In this document: one piece after another, positions 48,114 to 59,400 of the stretch
Position numbering within the stretch: position 1 is the stretch's first letter
Layout: each line of letters begins with the position of its first letter
DNA from: Azolla caroliniana
Lineage: Eukaryota > Plantae > Polypodiophyta
Direction: 5' to 3'
Assembly: GCA_043228905.1 (NCBI GenBank)
Contig: JBHGNT010000017.1
Span: 13,764,001 to 13,828,000 of the forward strand
Length of the DNA stretch: 64,000 nucleotides
Notes under the pieces: model-generated
The model's input: the letters and a program-made list of their open reading frames with translations, nothing else
Databases searched by the model: none
What the model was told of the DNA's origin: nothing
Made by a program: the position numbers and the translations under genes

Positions 48114-48355
48114 CATCCGGCTCCGTAACCGGGGTCTTCAGCATCCGGCTCCGTAACCGGGGTCTTCAGCATCCGGCTCCGTAGCCGGGGTCTTCAGCAT
48201 CCGGCTCCGTAGCCGGGGTCTTCGTCATCCGGCTCCGTAACCGGGGTCTTCAGCATCCGGCTCCGTAGCCGGGGTCTTCGTCATCCGGCTCCGAAACCGG
48301 GGTCTTCAGCATCCGGCTCCGTAGCCGGGGTCTTCGTCATCCGGCTCCGTAACCG
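48114..48355. repeat. 28-bp tandem repeat in the LTR U3 (8 full units here; 7 in the 5' LTR at about 53025-53238)
   Basis: The unit is CATCCGGCTCCG(T/A)A(A/G)CCGGGGTCTTC(AG/GT). Confidence 0.92.
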
Positions 48356-48426
48356 CAACCGGGCTTGCCGTCATTCATCTCCGGACATCCCATCCGGAGG
48401 GACCGAAATCCCAACAAGCTCCCCCT

Positions 48427-51400
48427 TCACTTCGGCATGGGATGTCTCTCCAACCCGATCCTCTTCCGGCATGCTTCCAGCTTGTCGGGTGTGAGCACTT
48501 TGGTCAGCATATCTGAGCCGTTCTCGTCCGTGTGGATCTTCGTCAGCACGAACTCCTTGTCTTCTATCCTTTCCCGGATCCAGTGGTATCTACGCTGGAT
48601 GTGCTTCGTCCGGGAGTGATAGGCCGCGTTCTTCGCAAGGTGGATTGCACTCTGACTGTCGCAGTAGAGTCGGTACTCCTCCTGTTGGATACCGAGCTCT
48701 CTAATGAAGTCCTTCATCCATATTATTTCCTTGCCGGCTTCAACAGCCGCCATGTACTCCGCCTCCGTGGTTGACAACGCAACCGTCTTCTGCAGCCTCG
48801 ACTGCCATGAAACAGCTCCCCCTGCATACGTCATCACATACCCTGATGTGGACCGGCTGGTATCTGCATCAGCCGACATATCCGAATCGGTGAAGCCGTC
48901 GAGTTCGGGCTTGCCGGAGCCGAATCGGAGGCACATGTTTGCCGTGCCCTTCAGGTATCGGAGTATCCACTTGGCCGCGTTCCAATGCTCTTTGCCGGGA
49001 TTGCTCATGTACCGGCTCACCACTCCGACTGCATATCCTATGTCCGGTCTCGTACACACCATGGCGTACATCAAGCTCCCGACGGCTGAGGCATACGGCA
49101 CTTTCATCATATCCTCCTTTTCAGCCTTTGTCTTGGGACTTTGCTTGCTGGACAGCTTGCAGTTTGCCGGGAGGGTCGATCCGACCGGTCTTGCTTCCGA
49201 CATGTTGAACCGGTGAAGCACCTTCGTCACGTACTTCTCCTGTGACAGCCACAACTGCTTCTTCTTCCGGTCCCGGATGATGTGCATCCCTAGTATTTGC
49301 CTCGCCGGACCCAGGTCCTTCATTGAGAAGGTTCGGTGAAGAGCCTTCTTCAGCACCCGTATCTTGACCTGGTCCCGTTCGACGATCAACATGTCGTCCA
49401 CGTACAGGAGGAGTATTAAAAAATCTCCTCCTTCGAACTTCTTCGCAAACACGCAGTGGTCGGACTGCGTTTTGAGGTACCCTTCGTCGGTCATGAAGGA
49501 GTCGAACTTCCGGTACCATTGCCGGGGAGCCTGCTTCAGTCCGTAAAGGCTCTTCTTCAACCGGCATACCAGGTGCTCCTTCCCTTTCTTCTCGAATCCT
49601 TCCGGTTGCTGCATGTAGATCTCTTCTTCGAGGTCACCGTGAAGGAATGCCGTCTTCACGTCCATCTGTTCTACCTCGAGGTCCATGCTTGCCGCCATGC
49701 TCAGCACCGTCCGGATGGAGGTCATCTTCACTACCGGGGCAAATATCTCGTCGAAGTCGACGCCCTTCTTCTGCTGAAACCCCTTCACCACGATCCTGGC
49801 TTTGTATCTCGGGGGGTTTCCGGCATCTCCCGGTTTCAGCTTGAACACCCACTTGTTTCGAAGTGCCCGCTTTCCTTTCGGCAACTCCACAAGTTCATAT
49901 GTGTGGTTCTCATGCAGGGAATCCATCTCGTCCTGCATGGCACTCAACCACCTGCGGCTCTGGGTGTCATGCTTCGCTTCTTCAAAGCTTTCCGGCTCCC
50001 CTTCGTCGGTTAGCAGCACGTGCTCTGGTTCCGGAAATCTCCGGGGGGCCCTTCTCTCTCTTAGAGGGTATCTCCGTTCCGGAGCTTCGGTAATCGGTTC
50101 TTCCGATTCTTCTTCTTCATCCGAATCCATTTCGGGATCGGGGCCGGTTCCGGTATCATTTTCATCTTCTTCGGCCGGTTCTGTTTCTTCACCGTCTTCG
50201 GCCGGGTCCTCGAGTGCTAACCGGTCCCTTGCCGGTCGGGACTGCTCCTCGTAGAGTTGATCCTCACCGGTCGACTTTGAGCTCTTCATCTTCTTCTCCG
50301 ACTCCCAGTCGGCGAGTGTCTTGTCCTCCATGAAGATGATGTCTCGACTCCTGAATATCTTCTTGTCGACCGGGTCCCATACTCGGTAGCCGAACTCGTC
50401 GTCGCCGTATCCGAGGAATATGCATGGCCGGGTCTTTGGATCTAGCTTTCCTCTCCGGTCCTTTGCCACATGCACGTATGCGAGACACCCGAACACCTTC
50501 AGATGCCGGTAGGACACTTCCTTACCGGTCCACACTTTATGCGGCGTGTCTCCGTCCAAAGGTACTGAGGGTGATCTGTTTATCACGTATGTCGCCGTCG
50601 ACATTGCCTCAGCCCAAAACCCCTTGGGTAATTTCGCATGTGCCAGCATACTCCGGACCCTCTCCATTATGGTCCGGTTCATCCTCTCGGCCAGCCCGTT
50701 CAGTTCCGGCGTCTTCGGCACAGTAAACTCGAGCCGGATTCCTTTCGAGCGACAGTACTCCGTGAACTGCCCCCGGTATTCCCCTCCGTTATCCGCTCGT
50801 ATAGCTTTGAGCTTCTTGCCGGATTCTCTTTCCACTCTCGTGTGGAGTTCTTTGAAGACGGACAATACTTGGTCCTTTGTCTTCAACGGTGCCGTCCACA
50901 GCTTCCGGCTGTGATCATCAATGAATGTCACGAAGTACTGGGCTCCGCCATGTGACTTCGTTTCTACCTGACATACATCAGTGTGTACCAACTCCAATGG
51001 TACACTACGTCTCGTCGGTGGCCTTGAGTGGAAGGAGGTCCGGTTTTGCTTACCGGCCAGGCAGTCGGTGCACTTCTCTAGGTGCACATGCTTCACTGGA
51101 ATAAGGTTGTCTTCTGCAAGCCTCTTCATCCCCTTCTCACTCATGTGGCACAGTCTTTTGTGCCACAGCTCACCGGCAGTATCGGCTGCCACATTCAGCT
51201 CTTCCGGACATAACCGGGCATTCATCAGGTACAGTGTGTTGACTTTCCGGGCCCGAGCCACTATCAGGCTCCCCTTGCTGAACTTCATTACGCCGTTCCG
51301 GATGCTACCTGTGTAGCCTTCATCGTCTAGCCTCCCGGCCGAGATCAGGTTCAATCGAACCTCCGGAACGTGTCGGACATCCTTCAGCAGCATTTTGCAT

Positions 51401-52503
51401 CCGGTCGAGGTTGTCACCCACACGTCTCCTATGCCGGCAATCCGGCACGTACCTTCATTTCCCATCCGAACACAGCCATGCTCACCGGCTGTGTAGGATG
51501 AGAAGTATCTTCTCTCCGGGGTCAGGTGGAACGATGCTCCGGAATCGACCACCCAGGTCGTCTCATCGCCGGCAATGTTTAGTTCACCTTCTTCGGTGAT
51601 GAGCATGATTTCTTCCTCACTTGCCGCGAGTGCCGTCGTTCCTTTCCGGTCCTGCCCTCGCCGATCCGGACCTCTCCGGTCCGTGGCTCCCCGGTATGCA
51701 CCGTTTCTCTCCGGTGACTTCTTCGAATCGGTGTCGTCGGCACCGTTGTCCTTTCGGTAATGCCGACAATTCTTCCGGAAGTGCCCCGGCTTCCCACAGT
51801 GGAAGCATGTGGGTCTTCCTCTTGACTGCGACCGGGTCCCCGACTTCTCCCGTCTTTGCGGACTCCGGTTCCATTGTCTTCCCCGTTCCGATTCGGTAAG
51901 CAGCGCCTTCGAGTCGGAGGCCGGTTCCTTATCTCTCCGACGCGCTTCTTCGTTCAAAATACTTGTCTTTACCGTTTGTAGGGACAAGTTATCTTCCGTG
52001 CAGGAGGTGCTGAGTGTCACCACCAAGTTCTCCCAGCTTTCCGGCAATGTACACATCAGAATGATGGCTTGCATTGCATCCTCCAACGGGAACTTGATCG
52101 CCGCAAGCTGGTTCACGAATCCCATGAACGTGCTCACGTGTTCCACCATATTCTCGCCGTCCCGGTACTTGAGGTTCACTATCTTCCTCATCAGGGAGGT
52201 CCGGTTCAACGCATTCTTCCTCTCGTAGAGGCCCGACAGCTTCTTCCACATCTCATATGCGTTGGTGTCGTTCGCCACATGTTGCAGAACACTTACATCT
52301 ACATATTGCCGGATCGTCGCTACGGCTTTCCGGTTCAGGAGCTTCCACTCCGACTCTATTACCCCCTTGGGTATCTCGGCATTGTCGATCGGTTCGTACA
52401 GGTCTCGGACGATGAGGAGGTCTTCCATCTTTATCTTCCAGTCGGCGTAGTTCTGTGAGTTCAACACCATCATGCCCGGAGGCCCACTACCGCCGCCTTC
52501 CAT
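48427..52503 (-). CDS. Copia gag-pol polyprotein (gag, CCHC, PR, INT, RT, RNase H), 1358 aa
   Basis: It is a single open ORF with the DSGAS, HHCC/DDE, YVDD and RNase H motifs. Confidence 0.97.
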   Translation of the reverse strand: MEGGGSGPPGMMVLNSQNYADWKIKMEDLLIVRDLYEPIDNAEIPKGVIESEWKLLNRKAVATIRQYVDVSVLQHVANDTNAYEMWKKLSGLYERKNALNRTSLMRKIVNLKYRDGENMVEHVSTFMGFVNQLAAIKFPLEDAMQAIILMCTLPESWENLVVTLSTSCTEDNLSLQTVKTSILNEEARRRDKEPASDSKALLTESERGRQWNRSPQRREKSGTRSQSRGRPTCFHCGKPGHFRKNCRHYRKDNGADDTDSKKSPERNGAYRGATDRRGPDRRGQDRKGTTALAASEEEIMLITEEGELNIAGDETTWVVDSGASFHLTPERRYFSSYTAGEHGCVRMGNEGTCRIAGIGDVWVTTSTGCKMLLKDVRHVPEVRLNLISAGRLDDEGYTGSIRNGVMKFSKGSLIVARARKVNTLYLMNARLCPEELNVAADTAGELWHKRLCHMSEKGMKRLAEDNLIPVKHVHLEKCTDCLAGKQNRTSFHSRPPTRRSVPLELVHTDVCQVETKSHGGAQYFVTFIDDHSRKLWTAPLKTKDQVLSVFKELHTRVERESGKKLKAIRADNGGEYRGQFTEYCRSKGIRLEFTVPKTPELNGLAERMNRTIMERVRSMLAHAKLPKGFWAEAMSTATYVINRSPSVPLDGDTPHKVWTGKEVSYRHLKVFGCLAYVHVAKDRRGKLDPKTRPCIFLGYGDDEFGYRVWDPVDKKIFRSRDIIFMEDKTLADWESEKKMKSSKSTGEDQLYEEQSRPARDRLALEDPAEDGEETEPAEEDENDTGTGPDPEMDSDEEEESEEPITEAPERRYPLRERRAPRRFPEPEHVLLTDEGEPESFEEAKHDTQSRRWLSAMQDEMDSLHENHTYELVELPKGKRALRNKWVFKLKPGDAGNPPRYKARIVVKGFQQKKGVDFDEIFAPVVKMTSIRTVLSMAASMDLEVEQMDVKTAFLHGDLEEEIYMQQPEGFEKKGKEHLVCRLKKSLYGLKQAPRQWYRKFDSFMTDEGYLKTQSDHCVFAKKFEGGDFLILLLYVDDMLIVERDQVKIRVLKKALHRTFSMKDLGPARQILGMHIIRDRKKKQLWLSQEKYVTKVLHRFNMSEARPVGSTLPANCKLSSKQSPKTKAEKEDMMKVPYASAVGSLMYAMVCTRPDIGYAVGVVSRYMSNPGKEHWNAAKWILRYLKGTANMCLRFGSGKPELDGFTDSDMSADADTSRSTSGYVMTYAGGAVSWQSRLQKTVALSTTEAEYMAAVEAGKEIIWMKDFIRELGIQQEEYRLYCDSQSAIHLAKNAAYHSRTKHIQRRYHWIRERIEDKEFVLTKIHTDENGSDMLTKVLTPDKLEACRKRIGLERHPMPK

Positions 52504-52518
52504 TTTCTGTGTTACCGT

Positions 52519-52530
52519 GCTCTGATACCA
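52519..52530 (-). other. Primer binding site (tRNA-iMet)
   Basis: TGGTATCAGAGC lies 3 nt downstream of the 5' LTR. Confidence 0.95.
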
Positions 52531-53320
52531 GTTTGTAAGGATTTGACGCTATCAAATCTTTCGCCTCTCGGCCACAACCGAGACAACACGGATCAATGCA
52601 GCAGAAAATAAAAAAAAACAACAAAGACACAGAGAGACGAATACACAGGGTATAACGTGGAAAACCCTAAACGGGAAAAACCACGGGAGTGCACAACTCC
52701 AACTATCACTATACACTGGAATATACAGTGGCGAGCTGCAAGGCGACTACCTTGAGCTCGCTGTCCTCGCCACAGGCGGCGGTATTACACAGAGGCGTCG
52801 ACCTCTTCGTTTCTCTCTCTCTCTCTCTCTCTCGCGGCTGCTCTCACTTCGCTCCCTCTAAGTGGAAAACAGAAAATGAGCAGCAACATAAAACTGTTTG
52901 CCCTAAGTCATATTTATACATATATGACTTTCGGGCTATTTACAAATATAGCCTCAAGGGCCCTTGGCAAACATATTCACAAATATGTCCCCGCATCCGG
53001 ATCTCTCTCTCCGGGTACATACGTCATCCGGCTCCGTAACCGGGGTCTTCAGCATCCGGCTCCGTAACCGGGGTCTTCAGCATCCGGCTCCGTAGCCGGG
53101 GTCTTCGTCATCCGGCTCCGTAACCGGGGTCTTCAGCATCCGGCTCCGTAGCCGGGGTCTTCGTCATCCGGCTCCGAAACCGGGGTCTTCAGCATCCGGC
53201 TCCGTAGCCGGGGTCTTCGTCATCCGGCTCCGTAACCGCAACCGGGCTTGCCGTCATTCATCTCCGGACATCCCATCCGGAGGGACCGAAATCCCAACAC
53301 CATAAGGGGAAACTATGAAC

Positions 53321-53692
53321 TTGCTTGGGGGCCTTAGGTCTGGCTATAAATATGAGGCCTAGCTACCCTCATTACAGACATCATTCAACTACATCCAGAC
53401 TTTGATCGTGTGATGATCAAACACTTGTAGCAATCATACAAGTACCAGGCTGCCAGGTACGACTCTGCAAGCATGTCCAACGTGCTAGTCAATGAATGCT
53501 CTACAACAATCGTACAGAACATTAGATAGGCATCCCATACCACTGTCTTGGCATCGAGTCATACTTGGTACTTGTGTGGTCACTACAATAGTTTGATCAC
53601 CACATGATCAGAATCTTGACATAGTGGAATGATGTCCGTAATGAGGGTAGTTAGGCCTCATATTTATAGCCAGACCTAAGGCTCCCAAGCAA
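53321..53692. mobile_element. Foldback MITE with ~130-145-bp inverted arms
   Basis: The left arm TTGCTTGGGGGCCTTAGGTCTGGCTATAAATATGAGGCCTA... is complementary to the right arm ...TAGGCCTCATATTTATAGCCAGACCTAAGGCTCCCAAGCAA. Confidence 0.85.
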
Positions 53693-54039
53693 CTTATGGA
53701 ATTCAAAATGGCCAACGAGTTGACTATTGTGGTAGAACTCCATATAGCTTGGACAAAGAGCCCCTAGTACGTAAACGCGTGGTGGTTGGCCTTGACTTAC
53801 AAAATGTAAAATGTTGTTAATAATTATAAAGTTACGATGGATGTGAGTTTTTCTATCTTCTTGGATTTGTAGGATTATATCTTTAATAGTAGGTTCTTGT
53901 TGTTGTAGTTACACGATTTGCTAAGGGTGAATAGGGGGCTCTTCCTTTTGCATGTCCAGTTGGGAGGCTTGATGCTCAATTCGAGATAAGGAAATATCTA
54001 CTTTCAAGAAAAATGGTGACACAGTGCGGTAGTAGTGTT

Positions 54040-56251
54040 GAAATCTGGAAGTTCGATGGAAAGAACTTCTCTTTGTGGAAGGAAATGATGCAGGATGTAT
54101 TGATGGTCCGATGTTAGATCGAGGCGATACGACACAACAACAAGTCGGTATCGATGACAACAAGCGAATGGCGCTCCTTGGACGAGATTGCCAGATGGAC
54201 CATTCGGATGCACCTAGCCGAAAATTTCTATTTCAGCATGGCAAAGGAGACGACTGCATTCTCGTTGTGGGAGAAGTTACAGGCTGAATATGAGAAGAAA
54301 TCCTCCTCGTCGTAGCTCATATTGATCAGAAAATTGTTCAATATGAAGATGAGAGAGGCAGATTTGGTGACTTCCCACATCAACACCGTCAGTCGGGTGT
54401 TGACGAGACTCTCCTCGCAAGGGATTAACTTCAAAGAAGAAGTTAAAGCCCTTGCCCTCCTTCCGAGGTTGTGGACGAGTTGGGAAGTATTCTACACGAC
54501 ATTCGCCAACAACTGTTGAAATCTCAATTTGGACGAAAAATTTGGACAATTCCTTACCGAGGACATCTGGTGATGATCGATGGTTCTCACCATCAATGAA
54601 TCGGCAGAAGCCCACAACTCGACCGAGCCAACCGGAAGAGTCGGCCGAAGTACAGTCGGCCGAAAAGGAGGGACGATTGACAAAGGTCAAAATCAAGGAA
54701 TGGTCGGTCGAACGCCTTCTGCACACATTGAAGAAAGGTTGAGCACAATATTTCCGACCATCGGTCAATAAAAAGAAAGGAGAACCGTCAGTGATTCGAT
54801 CAGACACAAGGATAATCCCACTCGAATCGTTCTCCTACGAGCAACCAAGTCAATGTTGTTGAATCCCAATCTGGAGAGGTTCTCTCCTTAGAAGACTCCT
54901 CGACCGGTGAAGTCCTATACAACACGCTAGACACACGAGCGTGGTTGTTGGATTCTAACGCCACATTTCACATGCCCCCCGACATCAAATGGTTTTTAGA
55001 CTATTCGGCCAGAGTCGGCAGCACAATCGACTTGGCAACGGGCAAGAGTGCGTAATTGCAGGGATCGACAAGGTCCCCATTCAATTTCCAAATGGCAATT
55101 TGATCACCTTGCACCAAGTCTGACATGTACCCGAGCTCCGAAGGAGTCTGGTGTCCATCGACATGCTACCCAAAGTCAGGTACTGAATGACTCTCAGTGA
55201 GTCTTCATGCATAATCAGCCGAGGCAACATGAAAACCGTTTCTTGATACAAGTACAACAACTTGTACCCCCTGATGGCAATCAGTCTAGAAGAGGTCGTG
55301 AATGTAGCCGAATTGTCATAATCGAACTTATGGCATGGCCGACTCGGTCATATCATATATGTCACAAGCCAGACTAGACCGGCCGATGGCAATCAGCTAC
55401 ATCTCGAAGCTCCAAATGAAGATGAACTTCTCTGAGCATTGTGGTTATGGGAAACATACACGAATTTCATTCTCTTCATTTCAAGATGGTACGACACCCC
55501 CTAGATCTTGTATATACCAATATATGGGGGACGGTACCCAAACAGTCTCTATGTTGCGCCTGATACTTCATCACATTCATGGATGATTGTACTCGGAAAT
55601 TCTTGGCCTGTTCGATCATGTTGAAAGACAAGGCGTTGGAGGTCTTCACTTAGTGTTTAGCCGAAGTGGAGAACAAATCAAGATATAGAGTGAAAACACT
55701 CTGATCCAACAATGAAGGCAAGTACATCTCCAAGGCCGAGGCACTTCAGACGGTCGTCTACTTAATAAATCTATCACCGTCAAGAGTAGTGCGGCTTGAA
55801 GCGCCATAGGCACTATGGTCCGGCAAAGCATCGACCTACAATAGACTTCGAATTTTTGGATGTGAAGCCTTTGCCTTCATCCCTAGGGACAAAAGGACCA
55901 AGTTGGCACCCCATGCACTTAAGTGCATATTTCTTGGCTGCAACACAAATGGGGACTTCGGCTATCGGCTATGGGATCTAGAGAATCGGAAACTAATCTA
56001 AAGTAGCAATGTTCTCTCCAAAAGTCGGCAAAAGAGTCTCATTACACCTATCGGATGAAGATGAGCCAATGAACAAAGCCAAATTGGCGATTCGACAAAC
56101 AGTTGAAATCGATCGAACTAGAGACCCCCCTATCGAATCAGAATTGGCAAGAGGTCCATTAGTCGAAATCGAATTCGGTTCAACAAAGACATTGACAAGG
56201 GCTGAATTAGCTATAATGGTTGATCGAACCCAAGAGGGATGTCCGGGGGGA
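54040..56251 (+). mobile_element. Highly degenerate copia (copy F): gag, PR and INT
   Basis: Remnant motifs are KFDGKNFSLWKEMMQDVL, RKLFNMKMRE, WLLDS, LWHGRLGH and CIFLG...GYRLWD. Confidence 0.8.
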
Positions 56252-56356
56252 TGTCAAAGTAAACGTGCGGAAGCGTTTGACAAACCGGCTCAGCCGGATA
56301 GCAACAGAAGATGAAAGGAAAAACTCAACACACACACACACAATACGCGTACGCGG

Positions 56357-56406
<50 letters not shown>

Positions 56407-59400
56407 TAAACTCTATTCAAAATAGTACACTCAATACTTTGTACATACAACATGCTAAACAACACTATTTATACAAGTCCTCAAAAGGACTGACAGAAGT
56501 ACTATGTACTTCAATGCTCATACGAGCGACTAAGACTAATTACGGGACAATGATTACCTAGTAGTCTAGGCTACTACTACGCTTCCAGTTCACACTCGAA
56601 TCCGGCTCTTCGATCCTTCTCCCCGATCCGGCCGGTTGTTTCTGGATACCGTTCTGGCTCGTCCTTCCGAATGCCGATCCGGCTCTCCGTTCCGGATACC
56701 AATCCGGCTCTGGCTTATTAAGCCGATCCAGATTCGGTTGATCTTGCTCGCTCAACACTACCCCTCAAGCTCAACTTGAGGTCGGATCGTGGTGTTAGTG
56801 TCGGTGGCAGCCGGTCCATCCACCCAGCTCCTTCAGGCGTTGTTCCGCCTTGCTCGCGCTCCTCTTGTGGTCCGGTTCCGCTTCCCTCGACCCGTCTGGT
56901 ACTGCGCACTTCGACCTCCTTGGTCAACTTTTCTACTCAATAGGCCCATTTCAACTCCTTCAATGTTATGACTCCGGCGCTTGTCGATCCATCGGTTCCT
57001 CCATGCCAGTGTAGACTTCCGTTGTCTTCTTGTCCGCTTGGCCTTTAGTTGATACGACTTCATCTGATTCGTTCCAGCTCTTGTCCGAGTTGATAGTCTC
57101 CAACTCGTCTTCCGTTTTTAGGCCCTTCACCACATCGGACCACGTCCGGGTCTTGGCCTTCTTCCGGTCGGCTCTGTCCTTCTCGACTCTGTCGCCACTG
57201 CCGCTTGTTCCGACTTGTTCGGATGTGCCGACTCCTTCGGTCGACTCGGCTCCCTTTTTTTGCTCATCTCTCCCCTTGGTTCTTTCTTCCTCTGCAGCTC
57301 CTTGTCCAGTGCCATCACCAGTGCCTTTGCCTTTGCCTGTTCCTGTTCTCCCCCTCAAGTGCGGCACGTCTAGATGTTGTACACCAAGCATTTCGGTGAA
57401 GTGCTGCAACTTGTCCGATCTGAGCGGTTTGGTGAAGATGTTGGCAACTTGTTGATCCGTCTTAACATACTGAAGTTTGACTTCACCGCTCAAAACCCGC
57501 TCACGTACAAAGTGATAGTGGACTTCTATGTGCTTTTTCTAAGCATGGAACACGGGGTTCTTGGCGAGCTGAATGTTGCTCATGTTGTCACAGTAGATCA
57601 GGATCGGGATCGGTACCTCGATCCCGAGGTCACGCAGCAGTCGTTGAATCCAAATGGCTTCACAGGTAGCATTGGTAGCGCCTCGGTACTCAGCCTCAGT
57701 GCTCGACAGAGCCACTGTCAGTTGCTTTTTGCTGCTCCACACAACAGTCGCGCTACCTAGAGAAAACATGTAACCGGAGGTGGATCGGCGATCCGATGCA
57801 TCACCAGCCCAGTCGGCATCGGTATATCCGACTAGTTTCCCAGCTATATCGTGTCGGTATAACAGTCCCTAGTCCTTCGTGTCGCTAACATACCGGAGTA
57901 TCCGGTGTGCGCACTAGAGGTGCTTGACGGTCGGCTTCTGCATGAACTAGCTGATCACTCCGACGGGTAACTAATGTTGCGTCAAGTGATTGTCAAGTGT
58001 ATTACGCTTCCAACAATTTGTCGGAACCGTTTCTCATTGCAGGCCGGGCCGGAGTCGGGACGTAGCTTCAGGTTCTAGTCCAGGGGTGTAGAGATCGGCC
58101 AACATTCCGTCATGTCGAACTTGTACAACATATTCAACACATGATGGCATTTTGAGAGCAATATGCCGTTGGGGGTTCGGATCACCTCAATCCCAAGAAA
58201 ATAATGAAAGTCCCTTAGGTCCTTCATTTCAAATGCGTCCAACAGTTTGGACTTCACTCGGCCGATTTCATTGAGTTTGAGTTTGGTGATGACCAAATCA
58301 TCTACATAAAGAAAAATGCAAACTGGACCATCCAAACCATTCCGGATGAACAATGAAGAGTCGAATTTGAGGCCGCAACCCCCATCTTACGCAACCGGTG
58401 TGTGATCTTCGCATTCCAAGCTCGGGGGGCTTGCTTCAAACCGTAAAGCGACTTCTTGAGTCGGCACATTACCAACTTGTTCCTCTCCGATTGGAAACCG
58501 GGGGGTTGGATCATATAGACCCATTCTTCAAGATCACCTTGAAGAAATGCATTCTTCACGTCCATTTGGTGAAGATGCCATCCCCTTGCCACATCAACTG
58601 CCAGTACCACACGAACCGTCGTCATCTTCACTACTAGATCGAAGGTCTCGTCATAGTCGATTTTGTGGGTTTATGCGTATCCCTTCGCCACTAACCGGGC
58701 CTTGTACCAGTTGACCGAACTGTCGGCGTTGTACTTTACCTTGTACACCCATTTGCAACCGATCAGTTTGCACTATCGGGTAGGGTCAACCAAGTCCCAT
58801 GTATCATTGGCATCTAGTGCCCGCATTTCTTACTCCAAAGCAGCACGCCAATTTGCATCTTTCACTGCCTTTGCGTAGCTCTCCGACTCATGCACTTCCG
58901 CCACTTTGGTAATGTACGCATAGTGATGCGCCATGTACTCATTGTACCCGTACCGCGTAATGGGGTTCTTTTGGGCCGGCGTAACTTGTCATCACCTAGT
59001 TTGGGGCCCTTCTTGGCTGGTTCGGACTTCGTTCCCGAAGATCCGCCTTCATCCTTCCCGGAGTCGGATTCACTCCAATCCGACTCAACGTTGCCGGTTT
59101 CGTATTCCGACATTTTCTGCTTCCCTTTCTCTTTGCACGTGAACCATCTCCTCGGTTCCTTGTGCGGAGAGAGCACGACAGAGTCTCCACTACTCACCGG
59201 TTCCTCATCCGACTGGTCACTTTGACCCAGTCGCTCGTTCAGTCCGCTCAATCGAAACGATTCCGGATTCTCTTCGAGAGTCTCAAGCTCGTCATCTTCT
59301 ATCTAGATCGGTTCATGCTCACTAGCCTCATCCTCCGGGATTGGGTCGGAGTCAGAAGTCGGGGTTGGTAGAGAGTACCATGATGTCGTCTTGTCGAACT

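Larger units (their letters stand above)
47623..53299 (-). mobile_element. Intact, very young Tork/Tnt1-like Ty1/copia element (copy A2) with TSD CCATA
   Basis: The LTRs are at 52534-53299 and 47623-48416 (TGTTGGG...CTTACA). CCATA is at 47618-47622 and 53300-53304. The PBS, PPT and an uninterrupted ORF are all present. Confidence 0.98.

Noticed and set aside
48365-52458. Many antisense and overlapping ORFs shared by A1 and A2
   Set aside because: They are expected shadows of a GC-rich coding strand in near-identical copies and have no recognisable domains.
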